Source: a virus. Taken from it: DNA of 64,000 nt. The stretch is from positions 3,502 to 67,501 of IMG/VR virus record IMGVR_UViG_3300032315_000202; one strand, given 5' to 3'. The number at the start of each line of letters is the position of its first letter. Positions within the stretch are counted from its first letter, which is position 1. A model generated the notes under the pieces. The model was not told the DNA's origin, did not search any database, and saw nothing but the letters and a program-made list of their open reading frames with translations. The translations under genes and the position numbers were made by a program. This document shows, piece after piece, positions 47,721 to 57,487 of the stretch.

Positions 47721-48713
47721 TTAGGCCTTGTTATTCTGTCTAGCCTTGATCATGGCTAGAATGTCGGCGGCCTTGTCACTTGAAGTAGACTGTGCCTTAG
47801 GCACAACTACCGGTTCTGAAGTTTCGAACGGGATATCATCGTCAGGAATAGGTTGTGAATGTGCACCATGAACAGGTTCAGCGTCAACGATTGTCGGCGA
47901 GGCCGACTGGTTAGAAGGAGCAGCAAGGCCGTAAGGACGATAGTATGCACTCCACTTGTCGCTGTCATACGGACGACCATCGACTGATGCTTCAAACATT
48001 TCCTTGATGATGCGGAGTTCAGCCTCAGATGGCTTCTTCGGCAAGAAGTCAGCAAGATTGAAGAGACCATGCGCTTCGATAGCAGCCTGTTCAGCTTCGG
48101 TCAACGGAGACTCTTTGCGTGACCAGTTAGAAGTCGAGTAGTCAGCATAACCGCCCTTGCTAGTCTTCTTGATGCTAAAATCAAGGCCGCGAACATAGTC
48201 AGTCGGCAATTCTTCGATATCCGGATCCATCAAAGAACCCTTGATAACAGTCTGAATCTGAGGGGAGATAATGAAGCGACGGATAGGGTTAGCAGGGGTA
48301 GCATCGTCACCGATAGGATTCTGCCGAACGAAGCCCTGATAGATATAAGAACGCTTCTTCCAATACTTGTTAGCGAGTTCCTTAAGAGTGTCGTCCTTAT
48401 ACCAAGGGCGAACTTCTGCAAGAACTGGACAGTTTTCACCGTACATCTCTACGCAAGGAACCTGAACTGTGATTTGTTTTACGTTAGGATCACCCTTGAT
48501 GCCGTTGAAGGGCAGCTTGATGATTTGACGCTCTACCCAAAAGAACGTGTTCTCTGCGTTACCATCGGGAAGGAAGCGAACTGATGCGCTTGAACCCTCG
48601 TCCATGTTCCAGTGAGCATAGATTGCATTATCTGATTGAGTATTCTGACCCTTGGTCTGGGCCTTATTTTCTTGTTCCGCGATCCGGGCACGGATTTCTG
48701 CTAGACTTGCCAT
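47721..48713 (-). CDS. gp32: Single-stranded DNA-binding protein (T4 gp32-like)
   Basis: VRFLPD, CVEMYGENCPV, KGGYADYSTSNW; start MASLAEIRA with SD AAGGAG. Confidence 0.85.
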   Translation of the reverse strand: MASLAEIRARIAEQENKAQTKGQNTQSDNAIYAHWNMDEGSSASVRFLPDGNAENTFFWVERQIIKLPFNGIKGDPNVKQITVQVPCVEMYGENCPVLAEVRPWYKDDTLKELANKYWKKRSYIYQGFVRQNPIGDDATPANPIRRFIISPQIQTVIKGSLMDPDIEELPTDYVRGLDFSIKKTSKGGYADYSTSNWSRKESPLTEAEQAAIEAHGLFNLADFLPKKPSEAELRIIKEMFEASVDGRPYDSDKWSAYYRPYGLAAPSNQSASPTIVDAEPVHGAHSQPIPDDDIPFETSEPVVVPKAQSTSSDKAADILAMIKARQNNKA

Positions 48714-48882
48714 TGTAAATTCTCCTTTATAAATGTGCCTAAGTTGAGCTTTGTAAGTGTTAAATGTTTCGCTGTCAGGAGACAACTACACATAAGTCGT
48801 AATATAACTCATGTGCAGTGTATTTACAACACAACTGGGCGCATAATATATTATTATATTACGCTACTTACCCAATTTGTTT

Positions 48883-50097
48883 CTATCTTTTGAATTTTGC
48901 CATTTCCATGATACGACCTAGTTCAGGGTCAATTTCATGTGATTCGCTTGCACCAACGAGCTTACCGATGTTGTTGTTCCTTACTTTTTCAGTAGGACCA
49001 AGTTGGCCGACTCGCTTTTGATTGGCGTCTAAATCTTCTTCTAAGTCTTCATCGGCGACGCCAATCTCATCTTCCATCTCTACTAGATTTTCATTGATGA
49101 CACTGTCTGCCCATTCGGCGAGAGCATCAACTTCTTTAACTTCAGAAACATTCTTGCGAAGGCGAGATAGAATTGGCATGACTGATTCGATGCGAGGGTC
49201 TACAGTTTCTTGTACGAACAATTCATTGATAGAATCATCCCCCTCATCTTCCATGAGAGTAGGGGTCCACGATTCAAAATAAGTATTATACCCACGATGA
49301 CCTGTCATTCTGCTAAGTGTTTCACGGAGATTTTTGTAGTGACTAGCACCTTCATTGATGAGTGCTTGAGCAGATTCATTGAACTGCTTGCCGCGAGTAG
49401 CACGAACGAATCCTGCCATCTTGTTATATTCTTCACAGATTGATTTGATATGTCCCCAACGTTCGTCGTTGGGCACTCCGCCTTCTGCAAGATGGCGAGC
49501 GTATACACGAGCAATACCAGGACGAGTTGTAGGAGCAAGGAACCTTTCTCCATCCATGTTCTCTAGGAAAATCTTAGCAACGTTACGATAACGCTGCTCA
49601 CCTTCCTCGATTGCACGACTATGTTGAATGACAATCTTCACATTAGGTACAGCGTCGTTGTAGCTGGCTTTCTTACCCATTGCGTGATAACTCTCTCCGA
49701 GTTTCTCTTTATTTTTGTAGTATGCTCTCTGTTTCATGTCGTCTCCGAGACGGTCTTTGTTCAAGAGGTCGAAACCGAGTTGTCTGCGTCCTCCCCATCG
49801 CTTTAAGTGTTTCAAGAAACCAGTCCAAGTATCATCATATTCCACACCCCGAGTGGGATTGTTAGGACTATCCTCTTGTTCCTCGCCAAAGTAGACTTTA
49901 ATACTTTTGGAACCATCAAGCGTGACATAAGCCTTACCGTAATCTTTTCCGTCTTTAAAAAACGTAAGTTCGAACACATCAGCATTCTGAGAAGCCGCAA
50001 CTCTTTGGTTTTTGTTGTCTAGCGGAATAGGCTTGTACCCTCTCACTTTGAGAAGATCATAAAGTTCCTTATTGAATGATTCTGTGTCAAGTGCCAT
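48883..50097 (-). CDS. Hypothetical late protein with acidic x-x-E-rich C-terminus
   Basis: Late promoter at 50103-50109; LVE/LEE sites; ends ELGRIMEMAKFKR. Confidence 0.7.
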   Translation of the reverse strand: MALDTESFNKELYDLLKVRGYKPIPLDNKNQRVAASQNADVFELTFFKDGKDYGKAYVTLDGSKSIKVYFGEEQEDSPNNPTRGVEYDDTWTGFLKHLKRWGGRRQLGFDLLNKDRLGDDMKQRAYYKNKEKLGESYHAMGKKASYNDAVPNVKIVIQHSRAIEEGEQRYRNVAKIFLENMDGERFLAPTTRPGIARVYARHLAEGGVPNDERWGHIKSICEEYNKMAGFVRATRGKQFNESAQALINEGASHYKNLRETLSRMTGHRGYNTYFESWTPTLMEDEGDDSINELFVQETVDPRIESVMPILSRLRKNVSEVKEVDALAEWADSVINENLVEMEDEIGVADEDLEEDLDANQKRVGQLGPTEKVRNNNIGKLVGASESHEIDPELGRIMEMAKFKR

Positions 50098-50115
50098 GAT
50101 GATATTTATGCCAAC

Positions 50116-51663
50116 CTAGTTAAAGACAGCAAAGAAGGGTAACGGAGCAATCATCTCATCGTGGTCCCTGATCTGGCTTTCAAGGTCACCGTGATAGTCT
50201 GCGAGTTGTGTCATCATTCTTACCGCTAGTAGTGCAGACATGACTAAATCGTCTGTGTCACCTACTTTAGCTGCATAACTGCCCCCGTGTGCGACAAATG
50301 CCTTGAGTTCACTGATCAGGGAGCGACTGTTAACAGTCATCTTTTTTGATTCTAACAATGTCTTGAACTTGACACATGCAGCTAGCTTTGGCTTGTTAGA
50401 GGTATTGAATCCTCTTTTACCTCTTCCCGGCTCGCTAATGAAAATACCTTGAATATTTGACTCCCCGTATTCGTTTAGCGACACGATAGCAGCTTGACCT
50501 ATGCCGTTATTTTCAATAGAATAGTAAAGATTATTAGGTTCACCTGTGATCTCGGTGATATATTTATTGATCTCTGCTAGTAGTTTAATCTGACTAGGAA
50601 TGTCTGTCTTGTTGTGTTTCCATTCACCGATCTGAGTAGTCGTGCTTGCTTCAAAAATCTGAATAGCAGCAGGATCACCCCCAGTACCCAATGAGGGGTC
50701 GAGAGCTACTACGTACAGCTTACCTTTCTCGGGAGTCTTATACCAGCGAACCTGTCCCATACGATGTGTAGGCTCACTGCCGTCAAGCATGATCAACGTG
50801 TTTGGATTGATCAATGTCTCGTCCGCGATGATGAATTCACAGCCGATTTCACGATTGAAACGATCATCACCTAGTTGGGCTTTCATCTGTTCAGCCCAAG
50901 TGTCATCTCTGCCGGGTTGTTCACGCCAGTAAGCACGATAGGCTTTAAAGCCGTTGACCCCTACGTCTGTCGTGTTACCAAATTCATCTTCAGTCTTGTT
51001 AGCCATCTTCCAGATTAGAGCGAACTGATCTTCGTCTGAGTTCGGGGTTGATGTGATGATCGCCTTACCACCAGTTGCTAGGGTGGGCGTGATAGAAGTC
51101 CAAAATTCTTTAGCGATGGAAGGGCGGACGAACGCAAATTCGTCAAGATATAGAAGTGTGATAGACATACCACGACCTGTGTTTTCAGTCGTAGTAGCAG
51201 ACACGATGCGTGATCCGTTTTCAAAGTCAAGCGAACCTTTATTGTACGTGGTCACACCGGCTTTAATGTGGTCAGGGCAATTTTCGTATGCGTATCTGAT
51301 ACGCTGCATGATTTCTTGTGCGCCGGTGTATTTGTGTGCTGCAATTAGAATAGTGGAATCAGGATTGAACATTGCGTACCAAAGAAGATAGCCAGCGGCA
51401 GATGTTGTCTTACCTGACTGTCTAGGCATGAGGCTGATACTAAAGCGATATTTGTGATATGTATCAATTAATCGTTCTTGGAACTCCCACGGGTGATAAT
51501 TCATACTGCCCTTAGTAGGGTGCTGAATCATAAAGAAGTTATCCATAAAATACAGATAACCCGTGTCTGGGTCACAACACTTGAGGAACTCATCAAGTTG
51601 CTGTTGATTCTTGAAGACCGTCTTCTTATACGGATCCTTGATTAGTGTTGGTGTGTTTGCCAT
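50116..51663 (-). CDS. gp17: Terminase large subunit
   Basis: PRQSGKTT, YLDEFAF, ITSTPN, ALDPSLG, IENN, DDLVM. Confidence 0.95.
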   Translation of the reverse strand: MANTPTLIKDPYKKTVFKNQQQLDEFLKCCDPDTGYLYFMDNFFMIQHPTKGSMNYHPWEFQERLIDTYHKYRFSISLMPRQSGKTTSAAGYLLWYAMFNPDSTILIAAHKYTGAQEIMQRIRYAYENCPDHIKAGVTTYNKGSLDFENGSRIVSATTTENTGRGMSITLLYLDEFAFVRPSIAKEFWTSITPTLATGGKAIITSTPNSDEDQFALIWKMANKTEDEFGNTTDVGVNGFKAYRAYWREQPGRDDTWAEQMKAQLGDDRFNREIGCEFIIADETLINPNTLIMLDGSEPTHRMGQVRWYKTPEKGKLYVVALDPSLGTGGDPAAIQIFEASTTTQIGEWKHNKTDIPSQIKLLAEINKYITEITGEPNNLYYSIENNGIGQAAIVSLNEYGESNIQGIFISEPGRGKRGFNTSNKPKLAACVKFKTLLESKKMTVNSRSLISELKAFVAHGGSYAAKVGDTDDLVMSALLAVRMMTQLADYHGDLESQIRDHDEMIAPLPFFAVFN

Positions 51664-51704
51664 AATAGTATTTAGTTTGGGTAGATATTCAAACTACTAT
51701 TTAA

Positions 51705-52625
51705 TTACACCGGAGTCACTGTGACAATGATACTTGGACTTGCCGGATATCCAATTATGGCATTTCCTGCTATGGTTGGAAAGCTAAAAACAGTTGCACT
51801 AGCTGCGTAGGCTATTTCATAATAGTCGCCTACGTTGGCCACATTGGCAAGAATGTTCCAACTTTGAACCACCTGAAGATTTTGATCTAATGTAATAAAG
51901 CCTGCTGTACTAGGAACGGCTGTGCCATTTTTCTTAAACCATATGTATGCCGAGGCAGTGGTACCTCCACCTAGAGCCTTGTCAACTTGTGCGCTGAACT
52001 GAATATTATAAATTCCAGCTTGATTGATGATGATGCGACTATTACTAGCACCTGTTCCTAACGCTACATTGCTATTTGCATCGGCGTTGTTGAATGAAAA
52101 AAGATATTCAGTGTTGGGACTTGCTACAGTTTGTGAGGTATTGCTCCAAAATTGTCCACGTGCTGTAGCACCACTACCCTGAGTAGTCCAACTTAAATTA
52201 CCAGCACCGTCGGTGGTCAACGATTGTCCCGCGCTGCCGCCTGTGATTTTGACATTAGCATTTGAACTTAGATTGCTGATGCCAGATATTGTTATATTAC
52301 CGCCAATGATGTTCCCAGTAACATCGATACCGGTACCTGATACAACCACATTTGCAGTACCACCAAATAGATTGCCACCTGAATTGTATTGGATAGCTCC
52401 CACCGGTCCAGCTGGTTCTGAATTGCCGGAACCACCGCCTATGACTAAGAGGTTCAAGTTGCCATTGGTGTTACCAATGTATACATCGTTGTTATCAAGA
52501 TTAACTACAATTTCACCAGGACGAGCATTACCATCGTAGTTAGCGATAGTCTCTTCCTGATTGTCTTTCATTATTGTTCTGGTAATACCAGTAATGTTTG
52601 CGTACGGTGGGGGTGGGCTAGCCAT
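51705..52625 (-). CDS. Fibre/spike-like virion protein with C1q/BclA-type C-terminus
   Basis: GQSLTTDGAGNLSW; AGIYNIQFSAQ; late promoter at 52655-52661. Confidence 0.6.
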   Translation of the reverse strand: MASPPPPYANITGITRTIMKDNQEETIANYDGNARPGEIVVNLDNNDVYIGNTNGNLNLLVIGGGSGNSEPAGPVGAIQYNSGGNLFGGTANVVVSGTGIDVTGNIIGGNITISGISNLSSNANVKITGGSAGQSLTTDGAGNLSWTTQGSGATARGQFWSNTSQTVASPNTEYLFSFNNADANSNVALGTGASNSRIIINQAGIYNIQFSAQVDKALGGGTTASAYIWFKKNGTAVPSTAGFITLDQNLQVVQSWNILANVANVGDYYEIAYAASATVFSFPTIAGNAIIGYPASPSIIVTVTPV

Positions 52626-52665
52626 AAAAAAATACTCTCACATTTCTATGAGAGTATTTATCTTT

Positions 52666-53373
52666 TTATTTGATATCTAAGGGTCTTGCTTTAGTAGCCA
52701 CGATGCAAAAGTACTTTTCAGTCATCTTCTTTGGTTCTTCATCTGGTTCTTCCGGATTAGGAACTGACAATTCAAACTCTAAATTGTTGAACTGATCGAT
52801 ATTGAACCCACAACGAGTAAGTAACGCACTCAACTGCGTTGAACCAAAAATACTGTAGTGGTTTAGGTTGAACTCGTGTTTTCTTTCCCCGTCAGGAGCA
52901 GGGACTTCAATATAAATCTTAGAACCCTGCTTGAGAATACGATTGTATTCCATCAAGCTAAAGATAGGATACGGACTATGTTCTAGAGCGTGACGCAAGA
53001 AGATGAAGTCAACAGATTCATCATAATATCCATCTTTCTGCGGCAAGAAAGATAAGTCATAGCCCTTGACAGTGTGCCCCTTGCTTCTACAGATTTCCTG
53101 ATCTCCGGGACTGAGTGTTACTCCGGTTAGATTAGTATAGCCCCTAGCAGCCATCTCATCAAGAAAATATCCCGGGCCGCAGCCTAGATCAAGAATGTGT
53201 GCATCTTTGGCAAGATTAAGAGGGTCAACATATGTCTCTACAACCTGAGTAGTCAAGACTTTGTGAAATTGACTGTCACCCTCATCGTGGATGTGGGCAG
53301 TGTAAAGCCATTCATTATAAAACTTGAGTTTAATCAAGTCGAGTGTTTGGTTGATATCGATTAAGTTTTGCAT
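52666..53373 (-). CDS. Class I SAM-dependent methyltransferase
   Basis: ILDLGCGPG, HALEH, RILKQG, IEVP. Confidence 0.9.
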   Translation of the reverse strand: MQNLIDINQTLDLIKLKFYNEWLYTAHIHDEGDSQFHKVLTTQVVETYVDPLNLAKDAHILDLGCGPGYFLDEMAARGYTNLTGVTLSPGDQEICRSKGHTVKGYDLSFLPQKDGYYDESVDFIFLRHALEHSPYPIFSLMEYNRILKQGSKIYIEVPAPDGERKHEFNLNHYSIFGSTQLSALLTRCGFNIDQFNNLEFELSVPNPEEPDEEPKKMTEKYFCIVATKARPLDIK

Positions 53374-53427
53374 GAAATTACTTATGCACTGGCAGAGTGA
53401 AGGAATTATTTTTCTTTTTGCTAGCTC

Positions 53428-53808
53428 TCACTTCTTATAACCCTTAAACGGATTTATCGGGCTTTTAGACTGGGTGCTATCTAACTCTCTACTTACTAGA
53501 TCACCTTTATTCAAATCCTTAAAGGGAACGCCTGCTGCTTTAAATGCTTTTTTTAACATTTTCTGCTCTACCTCAGTATAAGGATGTGCAGTATTTTGCT
53601 TACCTACCCAACTTTCTTGATCTATCTCAGGTTCAATTTCACCGTCAGTTGCTGCAACTGCCATCATAACTCTATTCAGGTCATACGTTCTATCGTACTG
53701 ACTAATAGCAAAGACGTTTAAACCAACGGTGGATTGCTGTTGGCGTTTGGATAATTTGCCAGAAACAGAGCCGTTGTCCTGTTCCGTGATGAACTCGTAT
53801 GCTCTCAT
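53428..53808 (-). CDS. Probable internal head protein, paralog A (MRAYEFITEQ)
   Basis: T4 IP-like N-terminus; ends SPINPFKGYKK. Confidence 0.65.
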   Translation of the reverse strand: MRAYEFITEQDNGSVSGKLSKRQQQSTVGLNVFAISQYDRTYDLNRVMMAVAATDGEIEPEIDQESWVGKQNTAHPYTEVEQKMLKKAFKAAGVPFKDLNKGDLVSRELDSTQSKSPINPFKGYKK

Positions 53809-54209
53809 CTTTTATAACCCTTAAAAGGCTTCATAGGTGAACCAGTACCCGTATCATCCATTTCATCGCTGCCCGAAGAGCTTACCTCTTTTTTACCACT
53901 CTTACCTACTTTAGCTAATGCTTTATCGATTATCTTTCCCACATTAGGATCAAACGAACTCACAATCTGCTGTTCTCCCCAAGAAGTTTCCGCCCTAAAC
54001 TCTGGTTCATCTCCACTCATCACACCATCGTCAAGTCCCTGTTCACCGCGAACTGCCGCGATTGCAACACCAAAACGATACAACTCATAGAAATCATTGT
54101 TTTTCAATTCAGGAATGACATAGGTATTAGGCAAAGATTTATTTGCCACATCAAGTGCATCATGCACTTGATCTAACCGTTGTTCAGTAATGAATTCGTA
54201 AGCTCTCAT
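53805..54209 (-). CDS. Probable internal head protein, paralog B (MRAYEFITEQ)
   Basis: Same N-terminus; ends SPMKPFKGYKR. Confidence 0.65.
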   Translation of the reverse strand: MRAYEFITEQRLDQVHDALDVANKSLPNTYVIPELKNNDFYELYRFGVAIAAVRGEQGLDDGVMSGDEPEFRAETSWGEQQIVSSFDPNVGKIIDKALAKVGKSGKKEVSSSGSDEMDDTGTGSPMKPFKGYKR

Positions 54210-54769
54210 GCGGATTGTTCAGTTGTGATAGGAACTGTTGTTTCTGTAACCAATGCAGAATTTGCACCGTATCCGTCTGGTGATATATACATTCCCATAA
54301 CGCTAGGACCCTCCCACATGATTTGTGAAGCAACGTAGTGAGTTAGGTCGTCAGAAGTCAAAGGATTGACTAAAATTTCGACATTACCTGTGAGATTGTT
54401 CACACTCATATCATATCTTGAGATTGCGTTGCCAAAGAAAGTTGAACCATATCCAGTAAACTTAATGTCTGTCTGATCGTTGTTGATCTGTGCGAACAAC
54501 TGAATAGACTGACTAACTAGTGTCCCGCCGTTCGTAGACTTGATGTAGAATTGTCCTTGGGTAAACGTATCTGCAGGGGTTTCGAAGATTACCTGTCCAG
54601 CAGTGTTACCAAATGAGTACGAAACAGTGGAGTTAAGAAACGTCTGAAATAGATTAGAGAAGTTATTGTTGACTTTGCTAAACGCAACACGTAATGGATC
54701 GCCCTCGCCGTCGTTGGGATTGGCTCCGATATTGATAACTTCTTGTGAATAAAGTGGGGTTGTACTCAT
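54206..54769 (-). CDS. Virion protein with T4 gp9/gp10-like N-terminal motif
   Basis: INIGANPNDGEGDPLRVAFSKVNNNF. Confidence 0.7.
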   Translation of the reverse strand: MSTTPLYSQEVINIGANPNDGEGDPLRVAFSKVNNNFSNLFQTFLNSTVSYSFGNTAGQVIFETPADTFTQGQFYIKSTNGGTLVSQSIQLFAQINNDQTDIKFTGYGSTFFGNAISRYDMSVNNLTGNVEILVNPLTSDDLTHYVASQIMWEGPSVMGMYISPDGYGANSALVTETTVPITTEQSA

Positions 54770-54814
54770 GTTAGCCTTCCATCTTGTTAAGTATTTATCA
54801 GCGGAAGACCCAAT

Positions 54815-55090
54815 TCACTTTTTGGTGGCGGCCTCGAATATTTCTTTTTGCCTAATATACCACTCGTTCCAACCTTCAACCTTGCGGCTGCATTCGTGAT
54901 AGAGCATGTAGTTGTCAACTACAGTCCTAGTGTATTGACTAAGTGTCATGTCTTCGGTAGCCTCCTGAAGGACAGCGCATCTTTCTTGTAAGGTCGCCGG
55001 AGCTTCTGGAAAAGTAGCAGTGACCGGAGCAGTGTGAATGGCACAGCCGGATAAAGCAAGAATCATAGGAAGAGCTACTAATTTCTTCAT
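54815..55090 (-). CDS. Outer-membrane spanin (Rz1-like lipoprotein)
   Basis: Lipobox LSGC, Pro-rich stretch, NYMLYHEC. Confidence 0.75.
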   Translation of the reverse strand: MKKLVALPMILALSGCAIHTAPVTATFPEAPATLQERCAVLQEATEDMTLSQYTRTVVDNYMLYHECSRKVEGWNEWYIRQKEIFEAATKK

Positions 55091-55548
55091 TCAGGTTCTC
55101 CGTCTAATCTAGCAGGGTCTAGCGTTGCTGCTGCATTATGAGCGCGAATGACTTCAGCAGGAACTTCACAGGTGTTATCATACTTGACAACTTCACGATC
55201 AACATACTGAACGATAGTTTCGCCCTGCTGGCGAATTACACGAGTATCTTGTACGATTCTCTCGACTATTTCAGTATTTGTTTTCGCTGATCTTGCTTCA
55301 GCTTGGGCTAGCCTTACTTGTAGTTCCGACACCGATTTGGCAGTAGCTGCTTTGTAGTCTGATGCGCCCTGAAGATAGATACCGCACACGAGTAGAACCA
55401 AAGAAACAAGCTTGATTGGAAGATTGTATTGAGCGATGAGCGGAACCTTGCTCATAAACGAAGCTGCTAACAGCCCTACGATGCCAGCTACGATTAGCAG
55501 CGGGATGACGAAGTGTGGTAGAAATGCGATGATCCAAAGTACATTCAT
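55087..55548 (-). CDS. Inner-membrane spanin (Rz-like)
   Basis: N-terminal hydrophobic segments, coiled coil, C-terminal Cys; 4-nt overlap with the lipoprotein gene; late promoter at 55591-55597. Confidence 0.7.
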   Translation of the reverse strand: MNVLWIIAFLPHFVIPLLIVAGIVGLLAASFMSKVPLIAQYNLPIKLVSLVLLVCGIYLQGASDYKAATAKSVSELQVRLAQAEARSAKTNTEIVERIVQDTRVIRQQGETIVQYVDREVVKYDNTCEVPAEVIRAHNAAATLDPARLDGEPE

Positions 55549-55621
55549 GATATTAGTTATGCCCCTTTTGTACGTAAAAAGTATTAACTTTATTTATCAT
55601 GGACTCCGTTTAGATCAAAGT

Positions 55622-55813
55622 TTACACTTTAAATTCCATATAAGGAGCAACATCATTGTCAAATATCTGCGCCATCGTGTTATACAAGGCTTCGCGCTCA
55701 CGCTTAGTCATGCCTGACATAAGAGTGTAAATTCTATCGTCTTCACTAATTTCAAGTCCATAGTCATGACGAAAGGTCATGCACATGTTGTTGATAACTT
55801 GTTCACGGTTCAT
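55622..55813 (-). CDS. Hypothetical protein
   Basis: 63-aa ORF coupled to thyA. Confidence 0.65.
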   Translation of the reverse strand: MNREQVINNMCMTFRHDYGLEISEDDRIYTLMSGMTKREREALYNTMAQIFDNDVAPYMEFKV

Positions 55814-56724
55814 ACTGCCATCTCTGCCTTGATTGCTGCGTGACTCTTATAGTCAACTAGCATGATGTCAGTCATCGAGAATTTGTCAATATCTTTTATC
55901 TCAGGATTTAGGGAAAGTGCAGGTAATGGGTATTCTTCTCTGCTCAACTGCTCTTGAACCTGATCAACATGGTTCTTATAGATATGAGTGTCACCGGTAG
56001 AGATAATTAACTCACCTACTTGCAAATCACATACCTGAGCAATCAGGTGAGTAAGCAAAGCATAAGATGCGATGTTGAACGGCAGGCCTAAGAACACATC
56101 AACGCTGCGCTGATACATATGACAGCTTAACTTTCCATTACTCACATAGAATTGACTCATAACGTGGCACGGAGGTAAGGCCATCTGATCTAATTCACCG
56201 ACGTTCCATGCAGTAAGGATGTGTCTACGTCCGTTCGGATCAGTCTTGAGTCCTTCAATCAGATTTGCAATCTGATCAATGTCGTTCATGATCTCAATTG
56301 GAGTAGAAAACCACGCTCCAAATTCATCCAGATGGACTACATCTTCGGCTGTGACGTTAGGTCCCTGTCTCCAATGCCGCCACTGTACCCCATACACCCT
56401 TCCCAAATCTCCGGAAAACTTTGCTTTAGGAGTCCAATAGTCTGCTGTAGCGTTTCCTGTCCAGATCGTACTACGCTCTATGTCTCTTGATCCGTGTAGA
56501 ATTTCAGCAAGCCTTCTCTCATCACCGGTTCCTTCTAAAAACCACAACAGTTCACTAACGACGGATTTCCAAGCTAGCTTCTTAGTAGTAACAGCCGGGA
56601 AGCCTTTCGTCAAGTCAAATCGCAACTGACGGGCAAAGACGCTGATAGTACCTACGCCGGTGCGATCATCCTTCTCTTCACCGTTAGTTAAGATGTCTTG
56701 CAGTAAGGCATGATACTGTTTCAT
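55810..56724 (-). CDS. thyA: Thymidylate synthase
   Basis: DRTGVGT, TTKK, ELLWFL, MALPPCH, YQRSVD, PFNIASY, DTHIY. Confidence 0.97.
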   Translation of the reverse strand: MKQYHALLQDILTNGEEKDDRTGVGTISVFARQLRFDLTKGFPAVTTKKLAWKSVVSELLWFLEGTGDERRLAEILHGSRDIERSTIWTGNATADYWTPKAKFSGDLGRVYGVQWRHWRQGPNVTAEDVVHLDEFGAWFSTPIEIMNDIDQIANLIEGLKTDPNGRRHILTAWNVGELDQMALPPCHVMSQFYVSNGKLSCHMYQRSVDVFLGLPFNIASYALLTHLIAQVCDLQVGELIISTGDTHIYKNHVDQVQEQLSREEYPLPALSLNPEIKDIDKFSMTDIMLVDYKSHAAIKAEMAV

Positions 56725-57182
56725 TTTCTTTTCCAAATCTGATATTCGTGATCAGGGAACATCTCACTGTATGTCTGATCAAAGTTAGCTTCAATATATA
56801 GCAAATCCACAAACGTATCACAAGTGTAATGGTCATGTACCTTAGTCAAGTGAACTTCATTGATCAAGTCCCGGCAACTTTCAATAAGTTTAGCGCCGCC
56901 TATCAGCCAAAACTCCACATCATCAGGACGGTTGAAACTCATATCCGGAGCACGAATCACATTATGATGTTCCTCGTCTAGTGGTCTAGAAGATACGACA
57001 ATGTTTATTCTTCCGGGCAGCGGTTTCTTTGGTAAGCTATCCCAAGTATTACGTCCCATGATAACTGTCTGTCCATCAGTGAGACGCTTGAATCTTGGCA
57101 AATCGCCCTGGATATTATTCCAGGGCAATCTGTTCTGATGTCCTATCCCACCGTTCGGATCGGTTGCAATGATAAGCCTCAT
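56721..57182 (-). CDS. folA: Dihydrofolate reductase
   Basis: GIG..LPW..D..F..VIMGRNTWDSL..LPGR..IGG. Confidence 0.92.
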   Translation of the reverse strand: MRLIIATDPNGGIGHQNRLPWNNIQGDLPRFKRLTDGQTVIMGRNTWDSLPKKPLPGRINIVVSSRPLDEEHHNVIRAPDMSFNRPDDVEFWLIGGAKLIESCRDLINEVHLTKVHDHYTCDTFVDLLYIEANFDQTYSEMFPDHEYQIWKRK

Positions 57183-57475
57183 AGCCCTTTCAATAACTGA
57201 TCGGTTTCTGGTTGCACTGTTTCTGCTATACATTGCACGTTGAGAACAAACTCGATACCTGTTACCTCATCATCTAGGTCAGTAAGTACTTTACTTACTG
57301 CATCTTCTACCTGATCAGGATCAAGGCCGTCTTTCAAGAGACGTTCAATGTTGATAGTTCGTTGTCGTTTCCGTTCGAGTTTAAGAACTAACTTCTTGAT
57401 AAATTCGACTGGAATCTTTTGCTTATCAACACCCTCTAGTAAACGTTCCCATTTACTCATAAACTCGGGTGACAT
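57179..57475 (-). CDS. Hypothetical protein
   Basis: 98-aa ORF, coupled. Confidence 0.7.
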   Translation of the reverse strand: MSPEFMSKWERLLEGVDKQKIPVEFIKKLVLKLERKRQRTINIERLLKDGLDPDQVEDAVSKVLTDLDDEVTGIEFVLNVQCIAETVQPETDQLLKGL

Positions 57476-57487
57476 TCACTCTTTACC

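Noticed and set aside
30385-56724. Introns or inteins in helicase, UvsX, terminase or thyA
   Set aside because: The ORFs are uninterrupted and of normal length; thyA has only a short in-frame loop insertion
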